Under the pieces are notes generated by a model that worked only from the letters and a program-made list of their open reading frames with translations, made no database searches and had not been told where the DNA came from. This document shows, piece by piece, positions 39,751 to 54,300 of a DNA stretch of 64,000 bases; position 1 is the first letter of the stretch; each line of letters begins with the position of its first letter. Made by a program: the position numbers and the translations under genes. The stretch lies in assembly GCA_002633005.1 (NCBI GenBank), contig NMRA01000864.1:51660-115659 (forward strand). Direction: 5' to 3'. Source of the stretch: Phoronis australis. Taxonomy: Eukaryota > Animalia > Phoronida.

Positions 39751-41937
39751 CAATCATGGAAAGCTGAAGTCACATGGAAAACCTGGAATCAGCTATGGTA
39801 CTCAAAAAACCTAGTGACTCAACCTACTGATCAAAATCATGTTGCCTTGCTCAGAATATGCACGGGCCTCCATACCGTTGAAGTACTTAATATTATGTCC
39901 TTTCAAACGCTTGACGAAACTGGTGTGGGTAAAAATAAACTTTTGGCGATAATTTTGCCATAGGCAAGGCTGATGTTTTATGTGATCGTTTCGTGTTTAG
40001 TACTCGACAAGACGACCCGGGGGCGGGGTAGGTGCATGGATATTTGCAAATCTGCTGAAAACTTGAGAATACCAAATTCTGACCGATGCCATGGCATAGC
40101 GTGTGGTATGCAGGATACAACAGCCTGTTCTCAAGCATAAGGCAACCATTGTCACTCGCATATCAGCAGAAAATAACTTAAGATACTTACACAGTTACAC
40201 ACCCTCCCTACCCCTGAATTTATGAGTGCCGCCGGGAGTCAACGCAGCTGGTTTGATCGCACGTTTTTATGCAAGGAACAGCTGACTAAAAGGTAAAGCA
40301 GTCGAAATATGCTAAATCGATAACTCAACGAACTTCTGTAAAAACGATGTTGCAACATTTAAACTGGCCGTATCAACATGTGAATTTATTTTTGATTTTT
40401 TTTCAAGTGATGAGATGTTCACGCTGCAGAACATTCTTGGTCTGCATGCACCGTCCTGCTTAGATGTCAACTTTAGCATGGCTTTAAATTGCCAAACTTT
40501 CACTATCATTTACTTTAACAGAATAAGAAGCAGAGGCATGTGAAACCTCGTTTTCAAACCTGGATGCGTAATCGGGCATGTTTCTTGATATGGGTGTGTC
40601 TCATGAATGGTCAAGGACCAGATGCCCTGCCAACAGTGTCCTCTCACTAGGAAATGAATAAAATGCGCTGCTCAAACCTTTGAAACAAGTTTGCATCGCA
40701 AACCCAAAAGAAGAAGAAACATGTCTGATAACATTCTGGAAGGGTAAATCAATAAGTATCACGGCAACAAAACTTCCAATATTCTTAATTACAGGTAAAC
40801 GTGTTTATGACCTCTGCATGACCTTTATCTCTTCAACAGGATATTTTGATCGATTAAGATACATGTCATTCCGTTGTTAAGACTGTAACGTTGCAAAATT
40901 GAAAGTACGACAGTGACTCAGATACAACCTGTGGATATCATCAAATAATCAAAAACTGCAGAGATTGTGGTCGATATCAACTCGACCAAACACATGCACA
41001 ACCTTATTAGCCAATCCACAACCGAAGGCGCTCGTCACAACTCAGGTAGCACCATGGGTACAGTCACGTGATCAAAGTGTACAGCGGTGGGACAAAACAT
41101 GGCCAGAACGGTCTAAAACGCATTGCGTCAAGGATTCAGTTAACTATACATTCCCCTGCGCCTACGCTTGCGACAAACGTCAAAACCAAGGCATGCGCAT
41201 GAATGGCTACACGCCGATTCCGTATGCTGAACATTGTCCGTTTACACGGTCACCCCCCCCCCCCCTTCCAGCATGTGCAGCAGTAGCAGAGCGCAGGCTT
41301 ATACTAAACGCACTTTAACGCAAATTAATTGAGATACTGACTTTTCCTAACAGTCATACATGGATGTAAAATATGTTTTGAAATTCTGGGCGACAACTAG
41401 CTAAGGACTGTTAGAGTGTTGTGATGTACAGTTAGATACTTAGCAACATTCCGGCGAAGACGCTAAAAAACACATCAAAATCAATACTTGCGCTTGTAAA
41501 CCCCCCTGTATATATACTCCACCTCATCATGGTTACGGGGATGGCATTTTTCAGACTCCATTCCACTGCATTGGGTCCCACGAATTCCTGAACGAATATT
41601 CTACGTGCAATCAAGTACACGGAATTGTCTTTCAAATGCAGAAACGACACAAGTGCCATTACGGAAATACTACTGATATAGCCATTCAACTACATGTATA
41701 TGACAGGAGGCGCTGTTGTCCAGTGTTTATTTTCTCACCTCACTGGACAGGATGTTAATATCCGACACATTGTGCAACAAATTAACATCTGCTGTAACTC
41801 AATAACTGTCTATCAGCCAAATGCATTTCTATTCATCAACATAATCACTACATGAAAAATTGAAACCACACACATTTGTTTACATCACTGAAATCACAAT
41901 ACAATTCCTACAAAATGCCGGGAGAGAAGAAGCTGAA

Positions 41938-42100
41938 ACATCTACATGTACATCTACATGTACATCTACATGTACATCTACATGTACATCTACATGTACA
42001 TCTACATGTACATCTACATGTACATCTACATGTACATCTACATGTACATCTACATGTACATCTACATGTACATCTACATGTACATCTACATGTACATGTA
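41938..42100. repeat. (TACATGTACATC)n 12-bp perfect tandem repeat
   Basis: About 13 perfect units; explains the TSTC, HLHV and YIYM ORFs. Confidence 0.97.
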
Positions 42101-42218
42101 TGGTGGCATAGACTCAGTCATTAAGTTTTGGCTTTTTACACCGCAAGTTTCCTTAAGACAAGCAGTCTCGAAACAATTGCCTGAACTCAGTGGGAAATTC
42201 AAGTTTATTTGCTGAACG

Positions 42219-42305
42219 TCATCCCAGGTTGGTAATGACGACATTGTCGATGGCGATGTCTGTGCGGAAATCATTAATGGACCCAAGAGTGCAGACAAAC
42301 ACAAT
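42219..42305 (-). CDS. Gene B terminal coding exon: MAM2 part 4 and stop
   Basis: [28 protein letters not shown]; a minus-strand AATAAA follows at 42204-42209. Confidence 0.88.
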   Translation of the reverse strand: MVFVCTLGSINDFRTDIAIDNVVITNLG

Positions 42306-45300
42306 CTGAAACATAAAGGATGAAAATATACGTTGTTTGTTTCTGACACGCGTTAAACTATATGCGTGAAAAAGCTTAATGATTGTTTCTTAACAGCTGT
42401 TTGTTATAAAATTTGAATTCCGCTTCTTAGACAAGTGATGCTACGCCTTCACAAGGTACATTTACTCCAACAATTGAAAATAATAAGAAAACAATAAGAC
42501 ATTCACATTTACGCATCTTAATCCAATTCTGGCCGTAATTTTGCGGATTAGGCGGCCATGGTGTTCTTTAGAATTACGTAAATGTACTTTTCCTATTTAA
42601 AGCTGTAGTTCTGTATCTTATATGTAAAAATATAAAAAAACAGGTCAAAAATAGATCAAGGGCAAGCTCTTCGAACCAGAAATGGTTTCCGTATTTCTTC
42701 CATCGAGGTGCGATCCCATGGCATAACCCTCCTATCTTTTAAATCTAGCTCAGTCAATTTGACTCTCATTCCACGGAGAATTGCTCCAACAGTGAGTCCC
42801 TTATCACATAGTCCATTGGATTACAGTCAGAACTGAGCGGAGGTCACTCATCCCTTTTGATAAGTTTTGGTGTGACCTCCTCTAGATTACCATGGGATGT
42901 CTTGCTCGGGTGAGAAATAGTCTCATCGTGTTGAAACACGCATTCGTTTCCTGAACAAAGTAGGCTGCAATCCGCGAAAAGATTTCCATGCAATAATTGC
43001 ACGTAGCGTTGACTGTTATGTTTGGCTAAATCAGTGTCGACAAATTATTTTTTCCTGACCAAGATGCTCCAATGGAAAATCTGTAAGTCTCATGAGAGAG
43101 TGGAGAAGGCTCGATTTCTCGTTTTTGTTTCCCTTAAACATTGATCACTTTCACTCCAGGGCAATCTTCATGTTTTTTCTAACCAAACAGAAATGTTGGG
43201 GAGATCGGATTTGGATACAGATATAAAAGTGAAAACACTTGACTTGAGACCGAGGCAGGCACTTTTGACTGACAGATGGCAGCACAGCATGAAGACGATG
43301 ATATTGCATTTTCGCCTGGTTGTTTTGAAGTTCACAGTACTTGTATAATCTTCTTATTTCTCTGAGATACTTTGTAAACTACTTGATGTCAAGGTGGAAA
43401 ATTTGAACGAACTTGGTTGGTCAAGTTAGCCCCCCAAATGTTCAAGATAATATACTCGTGAACGGTATAAACTAAAACAAAGACACATCTGAAATACAGT
43501 GAACATCGTACCGTATAAGTAGTTCCTAGAACATCGATGGAATCGTATCCCCATGGACATTGCGACTGAATGTTTGCAGTCGGGCAGTGCTGGCCCTTGT
43601 AAGATCTCAACAAGGAGGAGATGCCGAGATCTTTGTCACTCCTGTACACTTCCAGCGTACCTTCATTCTTTCCAAACATGTGGTAGTTATACTGCAGCCT
43701 GACGCTCCCTAAATAGTTATCCATAGATGTATGTTACTCGTATAATTCAAAAGTGGTTGGGTAATTTATGCCTGCAAGACCTACAATGCGCGGGCATAGC
43801 TAGCGATCATACAGTGAATTGTGGACCAGTGTCCTCAGCAAGCGAATGGATGCAGGATTCAGCGAATGTCTGCGTAGTGTTTGTGTTATGTACAACCTCG
43901 GGGACACGTCTGTGCATCTTACAAAATGTCTAAAGAACTAGAATTTATCGAAATAAAAATACATAAGTCCTTATGGCAACATGTTGTAAACAAGGTAGGA
44001 CTTTTCTGAAATAAATTGGGCCACGTTGCCATCTGTTCCTAGTTAAACTTGACCTATATTATAGGCAAAACTATAGGAATTAAAGGGTTAGACAAAATGA
44101 CCAATTTTTTAATATAAAAATCAACATCAAATTTCAAAAATCAATGATACAATTACCTAAGACACCAGTTTTTTCTTTTCAAAAAGTCATAAAATCCAAA
44201 TTATTTTATTGCTTCCCGTCTAACAATGGAGTTAAAAACATTTTTTAAAGATAGTAGAGGAATATCTGAAATTGCTGCAAGATTCGAATATGGCATTTCT
44301 GAGAAATTATGCTCCGAAAATACCAACTTTAGAAATTTCCTAGAGTCTTACGTAAGCTCAAAGGATGAAAGAACGAGCATACTGTATCTTAGCAATATTT
44401 AATTTGGACCGAGTTCGTGATGCCATCGGTTTTATCTTGTTTCAGATTAAGCCCAGACAAATTTTCAGGCTTACAGTAAAAATAAACTGCATGTTGTTTC
44501 AGACCGAGGCCCATTAAGGTTGCATATCAAGGCAGGTTTCCTTCAAGCGCAGGAGCAGTCACCACGGAAATACAATCAAGGCATTTCAAATCAACATATT
44601 TCCTTGCTCCATTGGCACAAACACACCGTGTAATGTAGTTTTTCATACCAAACCAAGGTTTACAGTACATATATCCTCTTTTGTCAGTGTTGCAAAAACA
44701 AAGGTTCAAGTCTCTCGAAAGTACCACTTGAGTCTGAGAGCAGAATGGAGAATATTGATCAAAAACTTGACCCACAATGTACATCTGCTGACGCCAAACG
44801 GATGTAGCGTTATCTGCCACAGGTCACAAGAGTTCATCAACCAAGATCCAAAGTGCATACCCCTGAGGAGTGGCGAATTTGTGTGGAAAAGTATTCGTTG
44901 TGTCAGACGTGAAATCGACTCCTCGTTTATAAAACCCATTGGTTATAATTATTAATAACAAATATTAATTAAGATGACAGCGTTCAGAAAATCAACCAAG
45001 CCGTTATGGTTGCTCAGCCTAAGATCGGCCTGGTATAGTTTGGCGAGGAATGAGTTCTAGGTGAACGACATATCCAAGTCAGTCAAATGAGCCGATATGT
45101 GTTGTTCAATCTTCAGCAAATTCAATACTTGTCACTAAACTATCACTCAGAGGAGGCAGTGTGGTAGGTGTTCGCTTCGCTACTCGAGGTCATGTGTTTT
45201 TGTCCCACTGGGTCACACCGCTAAACACTTATCTCAGGATTCTAGCTCTTCAGCTCCGTTTTAACTATATATTACTAAAGCATAAAATTGGTTCCACTTG

Positions 45301-48300
45301 ATCACTACAATGGACCCACACGCACGGCATCCGCATGTCCCGTGCAACCTGCATCGGAGCGCCTGCATTTATTTTTGTTTACGAACGTTTACTCAATACA
45401 TTTAATATAATAAGCTAATCACCCAGCAGAATATTTCAGTTTCAACAATAAGTCAGTCTTTTGTTAATTGTGACAAAACACGACTGATCAAATGTACATA
45501 GTTAACAAAAAGTGAATTAGGATAATGAAGATTAATTTATAAATATATGTCAACAATGCAAATTTTGATAAACCACTTTTTGCTGTAACAAAATTCCTCG
45601 TGGTGTTGAGTTAAATCATAATATTGAACATTTTTCAGGGAGAAATTTATAGCTTTGCCTATAGCTTTGTAATCCAGCATTTCAAATTAGCCAGTGAGGT
45701 ATTCCAGTTTCAACCCTAAAACTTGGCAAAACCTTTGGGGAGCATGTGCCCCCTGACTTTGCCACCAAACCACCTTTAAATCCCGTTAAAAGTTCCGCCC
45801 GATATTTTGGCAACTCTCCAAACATAACATATAATTAGGTTGAAATTCAACAACCCATATTTTTTTAAATTTTGCTTGAATTAAACATGATTATGTACAT
45901 GTAAGGTTTTAGTCTCTTTAGATGTTTTCGGTCTTCAGTGTCTCGTTAGCCAACAACGGTTCAGCCGACACAACAGTAGCTAATGGTTCACCGACTAAAA
46001 CGGCTGAAATAGTTTATGTACTATCATCACTAAGGCAAAAAAGACTGGTTTCAATACATCAATCTGTTTAACGACAAGAACACAGCTACTAGCATGCACT
46101 ATAAACGTTTTGGTGGCTATGATTAATAACAATCGACAGTATAAACAAAGAGTGAAGCTCTGAGTACGTCATGTTACAACTGCAGTGTGACGTTAGCAGC
46201 TGTAGAATGTTCGTTAATGTGCTTGGTCAAGGTACACCGTTCTGCCGTCGGAGATGGGCCTTGTGGGATTGGGAGCCACCCTTCAATATCAAAAGAAATT
46301 TTTGGACCTGATAAACAATCCTCCAATTTGAGTGCAAGTGCCACAAAACCAGGAAAGAGGTCATTAAAATGATCAGTTATCCCCCGTAACAAAACAATTA
46401 ATGTAATCTGAAAGACGCTACAGTATGTCTCAGTAAATTGCGAATATATAAATGAACTACTTTTTTACGAACAACGCCAGGTTTCTGGTGTCTCGGAAAA
46501 CTTCCAAGGACCAGTCACCATTGCAATCTCGCGAAAGCCACGTTTTGCGAGTTTTTTATGTAAATTAATAAGGTAAAATGTCATTGTTACCTAATCAACC
46601 AAGGCACAACTTTTAATATTTGTTTATTTCACTATCAAATAATGTTTGCGAAATATTGGAATTAACTAGCGTTTTTCATATTTTCCTACGTGTTTGTATC
46701 AGCTGTCACTTTGTGGCGCTAGGTGGAAATTGAAATATCCAGGGTTTAATACGACACAACAGCTTCAACGCCTCCAACTTTAAAAGTACGTTGCGTCTCT
46801 AGAGAGCACACATAACCTACCAGTCATCAGAGCCGACTCCAAAGCTCCGGTGCTTGACGGACGGTTAGGGTAAGAGCCATCACAGTAGATGTAAGACGTA
46901 CCTTGCGCAGGCGCAGAGGGACCGGTGTAGGGAGAATCGCTGCCACCTTTCTGTCAAATACACATAACGAACACCATATTGTCTGCACAGCCGGCTGATG
47001 ATACTTTTATTTAGCGAACAGTGAACAACTTTACCCATTCCACACAATGCAATTTTGCGAGCATGCCATCTAAGAATTTCGGTATCTTAAAACGAGATAC
47101 CCTGAAGAGTGTCGCCATCTATAGACGGAAAATGATGCCACAGACGTTCATTTGAACTATGAAGAAGTTCGAGACGTTGCAGCGACACAGAATGAAAAAC
47201 ACTAGGCACCAGTCTAAATCGTTACGGTTTTCATCAACTTTCGTGCGACTTTGTCCTGTACATAATGAACAGTAGCAAATAATTTTCTACGCAAAAGAGC
47301 GGAATGAACCATTCAGTCGATGTCGTCAAACAATGCCCAGCCACTGTTATTGGACATGGTTGCGTTGAAAACTTTCCGTCCATACCACATAAATTTTCCG
47401 AGTTCGAAAACTTAAAAATAACCACTCTGTCATTGGTAAATATTTCAATTCCGTCACGGTTGTGTTTGACATAAAATTACACTTAGTCACGAATACTTGA
47501 AATCCATTCAACCAGTCTTGAAAATAGGTAACCGGTAAGTCTAGCACTGAATATTATTTGGCCCAAAATGACTTAAAGGAGAATGCCACCCGATTTCATT
47601 AGTCTTTTTTGCCGTCATAATCGGTCTATATCCACATCGCCTCGCATACGGTCGACCTTACCAAGCCAAGAGGTGTCGCGTTAACCTGTGTGGAAGGTGA
47701 GAAACGACGCAGTGACGTCAGTGGTTCATATGCAAAGTGAATGCCACTATATTGCAGGGCATCGTTCCCGCTTGTGCGAACTAAGCAGATGCGAGGAAAG
47801 CAGGTATGTCGTTTTTTTACTTCCTCGAGAGCCCGAAATGCATAGGAAGAGGCTCATGGTAGTGAAGAATGAAATGTACGCTGTAAATAGCAAGTATGAG
47901 GCCGTGAAACATCTCCGTTTCTGTGGCCTGCAGACGTCGACAGTGCCTGACGAATGCCGGCTTACAAAATAACTCCGTAAGTTCTGTTGTCAGAGCTTGT
48001 TCACGGCACCTCTCTAGTATTTCTTTTTCACTGTATTCCTGTTCGAATTGTAAAACTTAATGATCCGCCTGCGAATGCGGGACTGATGAGCTCTAGCTCA
48101 TCCTAAGTCGGGATTGCGAGTTGTCATGTTGGCGTTTATTACTGAAAGTTAATATTCAAAATAAATTATTCCCACCTTAACCAAAACTTACAAAAAAATG
48201 AAACAAAGTCTGTCTAATTAGATGCAACTTGTAATGCCTTTGGAGTGTTCGTGAGTGTTAATGATTTGAGAAGCCAGCAATGAATAAATCATTGCGTTAC

Positions 48301-51300
48301 CTGCTTTAGGTGCCATCAAACTAATTGACGAGACACCGAGGCCGTGTGAACTCATGCTAATTTAGTGGTTGCTTGCAGAAACTGTTGTGAAACAAATCCA
48401 GTTCCATCCCACGGCCGGGAAAACGAGTCAATCCGACCGGCCGCGTCGGGCCTGAGCGGGCTTCGAGCCTTTGCCAGGATAACAAGCGTTTTTCGTTTAG
48501 AACTTAAAAAATCACAAGCCTAAACAACACAGATGTAGGTTCTCCAGTCTTTATCTCACGGAAAATACTTTGAAATTATCTTTGAACAGACCCAAAACTC
48601 CTGCTACGTCCCTTATTGGCCTGGCAAAATTTGTAGGCTACGGTGTGTCCAAATAACAATAAATCCGTAAGAGCGAAATAAAACAACACGTTTTTAGAAG
48701 AACTCGGTGTATTTTTAAGGGTTTTGCGTCGAAGTTTGATGATTTATTGGTGTTAAACAATGACTTCAAGCGATAAGCTGACACCAGTAACCCGTGTTGT
48801 GAACTGCTAACAGATGGCATGTGAAACCGATGACGTCATTGGATAATTTCAACACCTCCGCCTGCCGTCAGGTGTCGGGTAACGCAACCGTGCGTGTCGT
48901 TATGGAGTAGAACTACTCGATCTATATTGATACAAATTAGGTTGTTTTTTGGGTGGCATGCTCCTTTAAGGTCATAAAGATCCAAGTCACAGGTTTGTCT
49001 CCTGTTCACAGTCAGAGCTGCGCCTGTGTTAACGCATCACAATTTCAATAACGATTTGCCAATTCTGTAATTAGTTACCGCCAAAATCCAATCGAAGGAG
49101 TCGACGGTTTCATTCAACTGATAAAAAATCCCCAGAGGATTATCTGTACATAGTTCAAAGTCAGTGGTTACTGGATTTGAATCACCGAAATCTGCAAGGA
49201 AACGAGCATATGTTACAAGAAAGACACAACCAAAAGGCGTAATCATAAACAATATTGCATTTCCCAAAAACAAACACGTGGTCTGGATCTACTCGGTGGA
49301 TTAAAATGTAGCTGCTATTAAACGAAGATGTCTTTGAATTTAAAAATTCAAATTTCTATTCTGCTTAAGCTGGAGTGGAGTCTAAAAGAAGATAACGATT
49401 TTTTAGCAAATGAAGCATTTGCACTTTAAAAATGATTTTTTTTGTTTGAAAAGTGGATTAGGAGACCTAAATACAAAGTCCATTTCACGGAAGTAGGTCA
49501 TGGGACCACGTTTATTAGCTTACCTTTGTATTTTCAAGCAAAGTGAATTATATCACATCTCTATTAAACGAGGATCAACACTATAATTTACCTATTTGAT
49601 CACAAGTTGAACCCTTCAGATTTCTTGGACATGCGCAGTGGCAAAAGCCGTTAGTGGTGGTATAGTTTCGATATTGGACGTGTTGACAAGGTCTCTGGTC
49701 ACACGGATCTAACGACAAACTAATATATGTTAGATGCAATTAGTAATTAATTGCTATCTGTCGCAGATATATTTGATGAAGAACAAACGTCTTACAAGAA
49801 TACAATCAACCCGTAAGTGTTATATACAGTACGTTTGAACATGACCAACACTTTATTTACTAAACAGTATCCGGGCAATGACACAGCAGGATACCGTTCG
49901 CATGTGTCCGCTTTAATACACATATTCAATAGAGTAGATGTGACGAGAGTGTGACGTAATCATAAAGGTGACACAAAATGAAAACGATGAATACATGCAT
50001 ATTGCATTACTGCAGACAATGCTTGAAACATGGAACAATTTAGAACTACGTAAAAACCAGTCACATATCCAATCCCATAGGTCAAGGGTGCTTAGACATT
50101 TGAGCAAAGAGTGAGAAAATGCGTGAAATTAAAATTTGCAGCATATCCCAAGATGATAAGCGTATACTATGCGGGCCTTCCACACCTGGGATGCAAGCTT
50201 GTCCTTTGATAACAAGATTGTCTATGGCTATGTCACTCCGGTAGCCAGCGCCTCTGGTGCCAACAAAGTAAAGCTAAAAGAAAACGTGATATACATTTGA
50301 AATAGTACTAATCAAATATTATGTCTGTTACGTATTGTGGATATGTGGAACTACAAAAACGAAGTGAGTTACTGGGTACATGTAGGACAAAATCTTAGAG
50401 GTTTTCTTACGGTAGTTCAAACCTAAGAGCGGAAGTTGACTTGCTCACCTTTCCAAAGAAAATATCCGTGTACCCACAAAAACAGCAGAGCCTCGTTTTG
50501 GACGTGTTTAAATGGGAACCAGAGGAGGCCAGGACTGCGTAGCTGTTACAAACGCATCATTTGAAACAGCTATAAATCTAACCCAAAATTGATATTTTTA
50601 AGCCAAAATGCAACCTTTGAGCGAAAATTTTGACCAAGTTCAAAACAAGCACTACGTCGACTGCTCTGATAAAAATGTTACTAACGTTGAAGCAGTTCTT
50701 TATAGAAAGTTCTCAAGGTAAAATCGACACAGTGCTTCTAAGTTCTTATTGCAGAATAAAAACATTTGAGTCTACACTTAGTAAAAAGCTCGGTGTTACT
50801 TTATTGGTTCCTTTTGGCACAGTGACCACCTCTGTTGTCCAGTCCTTTTTGTTGGCGAGGTTTTCCTCTCTCCTCAACAGTACAGTGCTATCCGCGAGGA
50901 CAGTAAACGAACCCATTGTGCTGCCTATCATACTGAGGGAGAAGCGAAGGCACATGTCGAAGAACACTGAAAGTGCATACACGGAAACAGTCGGTGAGCC
51001 AATCCCACATAAACAAATGGGTGAACGCATGATGTCAATCGGCACCATTATCCTTCACCATTTGCTATACGCAGGCACAAAGTTTTATGTTCACATGCAA
51101 CTCACATTACTGTATTATCGGTGACCACCCTGTGAATGATAGAGCATCTACTATGTACACGTGTCTAATACGTGTTAGATTCAGTCATATTCCGCCAATT
51201 GGCGTGGCAATTGGAAGCAACTTTTTGACAAGTGCCAAAGGCAAGCTACTTACACACAAAAACAAAGACGTTTTAACAGTACCTGCCAATTGAAAAGGCA

Positions 51301-54300
51301 ATGCAACACGCATCTTGCAAAATGTTTTAACAACAAAGTCTTTGCCGCCTAGATTGTACATATACAAGGGTTTTTCGGTGTATTCGATTTTAAAGTAATG
51401 CTATTTGCCTTGTGTCTCATCAAATATATAAGTAATTCAATAAAACTTTTCTAGATATTCTCAAAACATACAGACATTTGACGTTCCAATTGCAGGATAT
51501 TTGGTAGAGTGGAAATACCTGCAAATGGCTCCGTCGTCTCCAGAACCGCCGAGTCTCGACCCGTGGCAGGTGTGGAGGATTCAAAGTATAGAAAAGAATC
51601 ACCACTGGACGGATAATCAGGACCAGTGTTTGGAGTTGGCGTGGGCGACTGAAAAACAAAAAAAAAAAAACGATTGGCCTTGAGAAGCTTAATGTATAGC
51701 ACGCGTCTACAATAAAATCGCCATGTTACAACTGATCTACCGGCGCAAAGTGTTGAACAATTTGACGCGTAGAAGCAACTTGACATCATTTTCTTAAGCT
51801 TAGAGGGAACCATAGACTGATGGTCCCGGCACAAGCCACAGCTCAGAGGAACAAACGCAAATAAGCAGGAAACTAATGGCAGTCACGCAGGTTTCTTGTA
51901 AATCAACACGAGGATCTCATTTCTGCGTAACGTGTGGCATCTTTTAATTATAATTAGACGCCGATGCATTTCCCGTCTGTTCCGACGCTGCACAGATTAC
52001 ACAAAACGCACGCTACAAAGTAAGGTTAAATTATCTAATGTCTATATTTTATTGCTGGTGAAACGTTAACGTGGGAAGGTATGCTTGACAAAACGTTTCT
52101 GGTGTGTAGTATTGTCTGGTGTGTAGTATTGTCTGGTGTGTGGTATTGTCTGGTGTGTAGTATTGTCTGGTGTGTAGTATTGTCTGGTGTGTAGTATTGT
52201 CTGGTATGTAGTATTGTCTGGTGTGTAGTATTGTCTGGTATGAAGTATTGTATGGTGTGTAGTATTGTCTGGGCATGAAAACTGATGCAGAATTAGGAGC
52301 CATGTAACTGACTTGGTGACCACATCAGAAACCAATTCATTTGAATGGGGGCAAGGGGGTTATGACCCCCCCTAAAACTTTTCCTAGATTCCATTTAACA
52401 GTACGGTGGTGCGAATGTCTGACGGGCAAAATCCTAGCTAAATGTAACACTCAGCCCTGTCTCCCGTATCTTAAAATCATGGATCCGCCCATGTACATGT
52501 ATTTTATACTCTCGAACACAACTTAAACTAGAAATGACAGAAGTGAAAGGTATCGATAGTAACGAAATGACAAGACTACCTAAAAATACCAAACCCATTT
52601 TTGGCCTTTCAAAATACATTGAGACGACTTAGATATCCAAGTCTATTAATCCAAATGATGGTGTCTAACAAACCAACAACCCCCAATAGTTTGGCGAGTA
52701 CATTTTGAAACGAACAAGGTTCAATTACCCACTTAGCGAATTAAACGACAGCTGTGGGGTAAAACCTCACACCAAGAAGCACAATATCCAATTTCTGACA
52801 CATCGTTCCAGATTAGCGCCAATGACGCATTAGCAGACAATTGGTTGAAATCATTAGAGCTGAGTTGAGTATTCTTTTCGAAAAATACCGGGTGTCATAG
52901 GTTTGGCTGGAAGTGAAGACAAATGAAAACACGGATGTACTGTGAAGATGACTTCGACAAATGTTATTATCTCCTTGAAAGCTTCTGTATAGTTCCTACA
53001 CTAAAGTACTTACAGTGAGTGTGGAAACACGTAAACAGTGATTCAACATAAACAATTTTTCTTATCAGGAACATTTTTCTACTTAGAGGGACCCTATCTT
53101 CATTCGGTGTATGCATCGTGTCAATAATTAGATTACTCACGCAAGACAGAAATACCCAGTCCCTCTCGTCATTAGTCGACTGGGCAAGGAAATCGCCACA
53201 CAAGTCGCCTTCGAAGTCGCAAGAGAAACCCATACCTACACAAAACACAACGACTTCATCAAAATCAAAAACTGTAAAACGAAAACAATGAGTTAAAAAA
53301 TCAAGGATATTCAGTAGATTATAATGTCAGCTACTTTTAGGATTGAAAAAATGACTTTTTGAAGGCCACAGCGAAGGTGCACGAGAGGCATAAGTGAACA
53401 AAAAACTTTATGACACCCTTACTGGAAGAAAACCCTTTGATATCTGCAAAAGCAGTTCAGCATTGCAAGTTCCTGGGCCATGACAACAAAACATGAAGTT
53501 AGTAAGTCTCCATAAATTTCGACAAATTCTATTGAATGCAGACACAAGGGCAAGCAGGTTTTCTAGTGTTGGTTACGTCAATTCCTCCATATTGAGACCG
53601 GCAAAAGCTTCAAACAATAACACAAAATATCTTCATGACATGACCAGGAGCAGAATAGAAAGCAAAAATAATGCTATAAAACCACCGATTTCGTACTTAC
53701 ACGAAAACAGAGTACGCACGACTGCCATGTACAAATGTAGTAGCGGCGAAGCACGTGATCACAGAGGCTTACTTAGCGAAATCCTTTTGTCGACGAAACG
53801 CTATACTGATTTTGCAATGTTAATAGATATGAGCAACAAATTTAACATCCTTTTCTCAAAATAATATATTTTTATATATTTTGCTGTGACACTCGTGAAC
53901 CCCCAAACGTTTAAGGAAAACGTCCATACATAATTTTTAGCAGAGAAGAGTGACAATAGCTTAAGCGAAGTTAGTGTCCATTAGAAATGTGGGGAAAGAA
54001 AACCCCCACAGTCCACGAGATCGATTTTGTGAAATGAAAAACTACAGGCAATGCCATTCAGGTCAGTGATTGCACTTGTATAGTCAGGGCTCAGCTTGCG
54101 CGTGGGGCTAAGGACACGGTCTTCCACTGCTGATACATGCACATGTTGATGGTTTGCAATGAAGGTAAGTATTCACAGACAATATCCAGAGTCACCACTG
54201 TCTCCACTCGACTGGTCGCCCTGAGAAAACCACTGTCTAGACAATTAATAATTTCTCAGGTAAGGCAATTCTGGCCACGCCACTTCCCTTTTTGTCCACA

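Noticed and set aside
41860-42215. TSTC, HLHV and YIYM repeat ORFs suggesting metal-binding peptides
   Set aside because: Frames of a perfect 12-bp tandem repeat.
44527-44955. Overlapping Cys/Trp-containing ORFs in a gene B intron
   Set aside because: No recognisable domain, and the flanking MAM2 exons already join in phase without them.
50630-51124. 164-aa plus-strand ORF
   Set aside because: Antisense shadow of the MAM1 part 3 exon, with no recognisable motif.
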